Source: a virus (taxonomy: Duplodnaviria; Caudoviricetes). From it: DNA of 64,000 nt. The position numbers and the translations under genes are program-made. The stretch lies in IMG/VR virus record IMGVR_UViG_3300021255_003284, positions 44,454-108,453 of that record. One strand, 5' to 3'. Each line of letters starts with the position of its first letter. Position 1 is the stretch's first letter. Positions 59,362-64,000 of this stretch are shown piece after piece. The notes below the pieces were generated by a model. The model searched no databases and had not been told where the DNA came from. It saw nothing but the letters and a program-made list of their open reading frames with translations.

Positions 59362-59648
59362 TTGTCATCACCGTCCATTCTTGCCCCGCACTCGGGGCAG
59401 TATTTGAATGTCTTCCCAGCCAAACCAACTACATACCCGCACTTCGAACAATGCCAATGGCGGTCGCGATCCGCTTCTTCGATCCAACGCCCATGGGTTA
59501 CAAAGTCGATCTCTGAATTCTTGATTGCCGCGAGCAAACCGTTGATGCTGAACACGTCAGCCCCGAGCTTAAAGATCGGCGTATCAAGAGCCGTATCGAC
59601 GGCGTGCCTTACGGCCTGTTCGATCGTGTCTGGTCCGATTCTCGCCAT
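59352..59648 (-). CDS. Hypothetical Zn-ribbon protein
   Basis: HGRW, CSKCG, YCPECGARMD; AGGAGG RBS. Confidence 0.75.
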   Translation of the reverse strand: MARIGPDTIEQAVRHAVDTALDTPIFKLGADVFSINGLLAAIKNSEIDFVTHGRWIEEADRDRHWHCSKCGYVVGLAGKTFKYCPECGARMDGDDKCG

Positions 59649-59662
59649 AATATCCTCCTGTC

Positions 59663-60007
59663 TTAAGCGTGTTTATCTACCGGTTCAACGCCGAGCTTTT
59701 CCGCAAACTCTGTCGGGATGCGCGAATTGATGAGCGCAAACCAGTCATTGTCGTAGCCGTGGATCGTCGGCACCTGGTGCGTTTTGAGAAACCATTCGCC
59801 CCAGGTCGGATACGTCGGTTCAGGGTGCTTGGAAGCCCAGTCATCTACGGCACGCTCGATCTTTTCGCAGTCCTCACCGTTCAGGACCGCTATACCGCAA
59901 ATATCGTCATAAGATTTCAAAGGACACTCGATGCAATCGTGGAACGACTTACACATACGATTCAGCGTGGACGCGATCATTTTAAGTTCAGACATCCGAT
60001 ATATCAT
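59663..60007 (-). CDS. Hypothetical protein
   Basis: RMC...CIECPL, WASKHP..YPTWGEW, IP...AEKLG. Confidence 0.7.
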   Translation of the reverse strand: MIYRMSELKMIASTLNRMCKSFHDCIECPLKSYDDICGIAVLNGEDCEKIERAVDDWASKHPEPTYPTWGEWFLKTHQVPTIHGYDNDWFALINSRIPTEFAEKLGVEPVDKHA

Positions 60008-60047
60008 CTCGCTTTCTTTTGCAGAAACTGGATTGTGCGTGAAATAC

Positions 60048-60473
60048 TCAACATGGTATCGTCATTGTCCATCGCTCGCCATGGGATTCCAATGACAGGT
60101 CGAACTCCCGCGCGGCGTCTGCCGCCGTCTCGACATTTGCCGAAAGAATGGCGTATCCGCACATGGCCTCACTCGACACGATCAAGAAGGTAGACGCCCA
60201 CGAAGCGCGCTCTTCCTCGACAAAATCAGTAATGTACCTTACCTCGCGGTCGGGAGAGAAATCTCTCATTTCACAACCGCCGCACCCACCGGCCTTCAGA
60301 GCCGGCCACCGCCGCTCGCAGTCGGTGCAGGCCGCACTCTTTGCCGAAGCAAGATTGTCGTGAACGGACAACGGAGAGAGCGTCTGCCGGTCCTGATAGG
60401 CAACGAGGACGCATAAAATATGGATGAGCGTTTTATCACTTCCTTCGCGCATAAGCGCCATATATTTTTCCAT
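60048..60473 (-). CDS. Hypothetical protein
   Basis: 141-aa ORF filling the gap downstream of the recombinase. Confidence 0.45.
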   Translation of the reverse strand: MEKYMALMREGSDKTLIHILCVLVAYQDRQTLSPLSVHDNLASAKSAACTDCERRWPALKAGGCGGCEMRDFSPDREVRYITDFVEEERASWASTFLIVSSEAMCGYAILSANVETAADAAREFDLSLESHGERWTMTIPC

Positions 60474-60512
60474 ATATCACGCCACATGATGGCGTCGATG
60501 GAATACTTTATA

Positions 60513-61304
60513 TCACGCCATGGCCGCGTCCGTTTCGCCGATCCCGCTGTCCACAAGATAGTTGTGCGCGACGCTGCCGAGGTTCAGCGCTCTGTACGCC
60601 TCATCGATCTCTTCGCTCGTGATACCGATATAATCCAGAGTCTGAGCGGGGGAGGAGTGGTTCAGCATTCTCTGCAGGAGCAGCAGCCTCCGGCTGTCGT
60701 TGTGACTCATCAACATCTGGTGATAGCAGAAGGTCTTGCGCAGCGTATGCGTCGACATCTTCACGCTCAGACCGAGGTCGCGCGCGACGCCTTTCAGTAT
60801 CCTGTCGATCGACCAGACAGCCAGCGGCTCGTTGGCGTTCCCGCCGCGATTCGATTCGCTCCTGAACATGTAGTCGCTCAAGCTGATGTTCGGCGTGTTC
60901 TCAAGATAAAGCGTGACGGCTTCGATGACCGCGCGGTTGATCGTGATATACCGGTTCTTCTTGCGCTTGCGCGTGTTGCGCGTCTTCTTCTCGAACACCG
61001 GGAAGCTGTCGCGGAACGTGCAGTTGTCGTTGATCAGGTTGCTGAACCGCAGCATCCTCAGATCACTCACGCGCAGCCCAAAGTTGATACCTACGATAAA
61101 GAGCATGTTGTCGCGGTATCGTCCGTTGTCGATCAGAAACTTGGAAATGGCCATGATGTCATCCATGCTCTTGATCGGTTCAGCCGCGTGTTCCGGCGCA
61201 ACCTCGCAAATCGTTTCTTCCTGGGCGGGCAGAATAAGGGAAGGATCCAGTCTGCGTTCGTTGCTCGCTCTCAGCGCGTTCAGATTGATGATGTTTCCGG
61301 ACAT
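60513..61304 (-). CDS. Small tyrosine recombinase without an arm-binding domain
   Basis: GINFGLRVSDL, EKKT, HTLRKTFCY, LNHSS...TLDYIG: full R-K-H-R-H-Y set; AAGGGGTG RBS. Confidence 0.9.
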   Translation of the reverse strand: MSGNIINLNALRASNERRLDPSLILPAQEETICEVAPEHAAEPIKSMDDIMAISKFLIDNGRYRDNMLFIVGINFGLRVSDLRMLRFSNLINDNCTFRDSFPVFEKKTRNTRKRKKNRYITINRAVIEAVTLYLENTPNISLSDYMFRSESNRGGNANEPLAVWSIDRILKGVARDLGLSVKMSTHTLRKTFCYHQMLMSHNDSRRLLLLQRMLNHSSPAQTLDYIGITSEEIDEAYRALNLGSVAHNYLVDSGIGETDAAMA

Positions 61305-61414
61305 GATATACACCCCTTTATGCAAGTAAAATTGGGTCGAAAACTGGACTCGTCAAGGAAAAGTTGAAAATGGAACTTTCAAGAATGACCTAAAACGGTG
61401 GGTCTGAGTTCTCT

Positions 61415-61439
61415 GAAAGCCCCGTGACACGGGCGTTTC
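61415..61439. promoter_or_regulatory. 25-bp palindrome, copy 3 (GAAAGCCCCGT-GAC-ACGGGCGTTTC)
   Basis: Intergenic 11-3-11 inverted repeat upstream of the recombinase. Confidence 0.6.
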
Positions 61440-61920
61440 ATGGAATGTTAAGAAATGGTGACTTAAGAGTAAAAACCAACGAGCTACAGGAGTACCATGA
61501 GAGTTCTGCAGGAGTTTCGGATACTGTATATATTCATTCCTACTATACACTTCCTCTCGCTCAATTCACAGCCTACCGCCTCTATCCAAAGAGCAACTAA
61601 CACACTTCGAGTTTGCTGTGTGTCTCGGTGTCTCGCATCAGCTCATGCATGTTGATCTACCTCCACCTCAAGCACTCGACATTGCAATTAGCTTGACTGC
61701 AGACCGTACTGCCATTGAAGCCGCCTTCACAATCTACCATCTTTTCTGGATTCGTTTATCCAATTATATAAAAAGTATTCTCTTGGCGTATTCGGATTCA
61801 GACGCTGGACAGAACCCGTATCATCCAAAGTCTATCCAACACAAGACGTTATAATTAGCTCGATGGAGGACTGATCCTCTTTCACACTCGAGTTAAAACT
61901 GGATTCTCGGACCTCTCTAT

Positions 61921-61982
61921 GTGATAAACAACATTGGATTTATCACGATATTAGTATACCATATACCATATACTACTGTCAA
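61921..61982 (-). promoter_or_regulatory. Near-consensus leftward sigma-A promoter with a downstream inverted repeat
   Basis: TTGACA (61982-61977)-18 bp-TATACT (61958-61953) with extended TG; GTGATAAA-N10-TTTATCAC at 61921-61946. Confidence 0.7.
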
Positions 61983-62291
61983 TGCACTATTACGTTAAGT
62001 TTTCTTCCTTAATGTATACACTGATTTTAGCAAGACAAAACACCTGTTCCAGCCGGTTTTGGTACGGCTCACCGGTCGAATTACGCCACATCCCACATAC
62101 CTCAACCAGCCCGCCAACCCCGGACCGACGCGATCCAGGAGAAGCCCTCGTCTGCTTCATGGATGTCGCCATCAGTATCCCATATTCTCTTCTCAGGTGG
62201 GGTCTGCCCTCTGTGGCAGCGTATTCTTTGATGTTTGAAAGATCGATTCATTTCTCTTATAGTTGGTTTAGAATGTGATAATTATCGCTCA

Positions 62292-62316
62292 GAAACCCTG
62301 ACTTTTACGGTGTTTC
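62292..62316. promoter_or_regulatory. 25-bp palindrome, copy 4, degenerate (GAAACCCTGAC-TTT-TACGGTGTTTC)
   Basis: Same length and outer arms as the other copies. Confidence 0.4.
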
Positions 62317-62574
62317 TGCTTAATTGTGGATGTTTTTGAAATGTATGGTTCTGGGGTGGAAGGGAGGGGTATGTGGGAGAGAGAGCGGCTTCCTGGCTCT
62401 CCGGTCGACGTTGTCCGGATAATACCATAATATACCCATACATATTATTACTTTATAATTTTTCGAAGTGGTATAGGCGCAAAAGAACACATAAACCATA
62501 TACATATAAAATCATAATAATGTGAGTGTCAAAATGCGCGGACAGACGAAAACGCAAAAACTTAACATTTCGGT

Positions 62575-62632
62575 TTGCAGGAAACTGAAACAACGACGGC
62601 GAATTAACTGCAACGTTGCAGGAAACTGTAAC
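62575..62632 (+). repeat. 17-bp direct repeat TTGCAGGAAACTGWAAC x2
   Basis: 62575-62591 and 62616-62632; palindrome TGCAACGTTGCA at 62609-62620. Confidence 0.75.
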
Positions 62633-62680
62633 GCAAGAAAAAAAAGTGCAGGACAGACAAAAAAAAAGGGGGGTGTGAAT

Positions 62681-62796
62681 AGACAGACAACAACAACAGA
62701 CAACAGACAGACAGACAACAACAGACAACAGACAGACAGACAACAACAGACAGACAACAACAGACAACAACAGACAGACAACAGACAACAGACAAC
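62681..62796 (+). repeat. T-free ACAG/ACA mixed microsatellite
   Basis: 116 nt built only of ACA and ACAG units. Confidence 0.95.
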
Positions 62797-62822
62797 TATT
62801 ATTGAATAGGAGGAACAATACA

Positions 62823-63857
62823 ATGTCACGCAACGTTATTATCTCAATTATTGCTACAATGTGCGGTTTGCCTTTTGAGTATGTACGCGCCTTTATCGGT
62901 TGTTTGCCTTTTGAGTGTATCGAATACATACTAGACTATACAACCGCAAAACATAACAATAATAAGTGTTTTGGATATATGACGCTCAAAACAGCCGCAC
63001 TAAATGCATTTTTACGTTATAATGTGTTTGATACAAGCGGTTTGTATGATATGATTTTACTAGACAATAATTATTGTCTAGAATATGCAAAAACGCTTGC
63101 ATATAGTTTGTTGAAAAAACTGTATGAGAAAACATATAATAACGTGATAAAAGATATGTTATTTAGTCTAAAACATGATATAGTGAAACTAGAGTATGGT
63201 ATCAAACTAGAAATTAAAAACAATATTGAGTCAAAACAAGATATAAATAAACAAACTGTATCTGACGCATATGATTTAGTTGTGGCTTGCTATAACGCTT
63301 TACTGTATTGGATACCAATTATTGTTTATAAATTTGGTGTGTCAGATATCGAATATATGTTTATGAAACGTGAATATACTAAACAAGTCTATATTGACGG
63401 CGGACAAAAACCCCAAAAGAAATGGGTAAAGACAAACATTGCAAAAGAATGTTATAAGGAAATGCGACGTGTAATATCTAGCAATAAAGCAATATTTAAC
63501 CATAACAAGTTTACATATATAGACGATATAATTAACGACATTCCTTGTTATCATAGATTGCAATACAAGTATGATACAATGGACACAACAACCTATAACA
63601 AGTATCTTGCCTTTATGGAAAAATTGACAAATACACAACAAAAGGTATTAAAAGCAAGATTGCAGGGTATAGGCGGATATAACGTTATTGCGACGTATCT
63701 AGGAATAAGTGAAAACACTTGTAAAAGTGCTTTACGTGAAATAAGAAAAAAGTCAATAACATACGGTTTTGACGTCGCAATGTATGAAACCATACAGACA
63801 AAAGGAAACGACGAAAACAGTTATACAATTCAAGAATTAATGCAGACAAACTATTGA
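62823..63857 (+). CDS. AT-rich protein with C-terminal sigma-70 region 4/LuxR-type HTH
   Basis: LTNTQQKVLKARLQG...IATYLGISENTCKSALREIRKK; AGGAGG RBS before ATG 62823. Confidence 0.75.
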   Translation: MSRNVIISIIATMCGLPFEYVRAFIGCLPFECIEYILDYTTAKHNNNKCFGYMTLKTAALNAFLRYNVFDTSGLYDMILLDNNYCLEYAKTLAYSLLKKLYEKTYNNVIKDMLFSLKHDIVKLEYGIKLEIKNNIESKQDINKQTVSDAYDLVVACYNALLYWIPIIVYKFGVSDIEYMFMKREYTKQVYIDGGQKPQKKWVKTNIAKECYKEMRRVISSNKAIFNHNKFTYIDDIINDIPCYHRLQYKYDTMDTTTYNKYLAFMEKLTNTQQKVLKARLQGIGGYNVIATYLGISENTCKSALREIRKKSITYGFDVAMYETIQTKGNDENSYTIQELMQTNY

Positions 63858-63890
63858 TTATTGGATAAAAACATAATATTGTTTAATCGG

Positions 63891-63927
63891 TTGCGTGATA
63901 TGTGTAAAAGCATATCACGCAATTTTT
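63891..63927 (+). terminator. Intrinsic terminator
   Basis: ttgcgtgatatg/catatcacgcaa 12-bp stem followed by T5. Confidence 0.85.
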
Positions 63928-63937
63928 ATATATTTGA

Positions 63938-64000
63938 CACACCCACACAGACGGCCGCAGACGGCCGCACATACCCACACCCACACAGACGGCCGCAGAC
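63938..64000 (+). repeat. 25-bp perfect direct repeat x2, running off the window end
   Basis: cacacccacacagacggccgcagac at 63938-63962 and 63976-64000. Confidence 0.85.

Larger units (their letters stand above)
1..64000. mobile_element. Part of an SPbeta-like temperate siphovirus genome (Clostridia-like host), probably the excised/virion form
   Basis: Complete head-tail-lysis gene order, YonO-like RNAP, int/xis with arm-like repeats on both sides of the att region, Firmicutes-type RBS and sigma-A promoters, no host housekeeping genes. Confidence 0.93.

Noticed and set aside
62453-62929. ORFs across the microsatellite (VVCLLSV / QQTDNRQ repeats)
   Set aside because: Open only because the repeat lacks stop codons; no RBS
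62681-64000. CRISPR array
   Set aside because: No constant repeat with unique spacers and no cas genes

Overview
The window is about 64 kb of a large temperate siphovirus of a Clostridia-like Firmicutes host, with SPbeta-like organisation. It is mostly GC-rich, and I see no host genes, rRNA, tRNA or CRISPR array. The + strand at the left carries an RNA ligase, a Tn916-type xis/int pair and what looks like an intact attP. The - strand (3.5-61.3 kb), read from right to left, carries a small tyrosine recombinase, about 15 mosaic small ORFs, a YonO-like single-subunit phage RNA polymerase, a metallophosphoesterase, an MrpR-like recombinase-fold protein and an HU-like protein. It continues with terminase, portal, protease, capsid and head-tail genes, the tail tube, a 3410-aa tape measure protein, Dit, Tal, two BppU-anchored esterase appendage proteins, lysis genes and an uncharacterised late cassette. 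The right end is an AT-rich, repeat-laden segment with a sigma4/LuxR-HTH gene. The top observation is that the AT-richer C-terminal esterase modules of the two appendage genes are each bracketed by the same pair of recombinase-like sites. One is a 29/30-identical in-frame upstream site and the other is a TAACAC-spacer downstream site, an arrangement resembling natural recombinase-mediated cassette exchange. The RNA polymerase gene is split by a group IA2 intron with an HNH endonuclease and appears to need an ATC start codon. A 25-bp palindrome recurs in four intergenic regions. All family calls come from motif recognition by eye; no searches were run.
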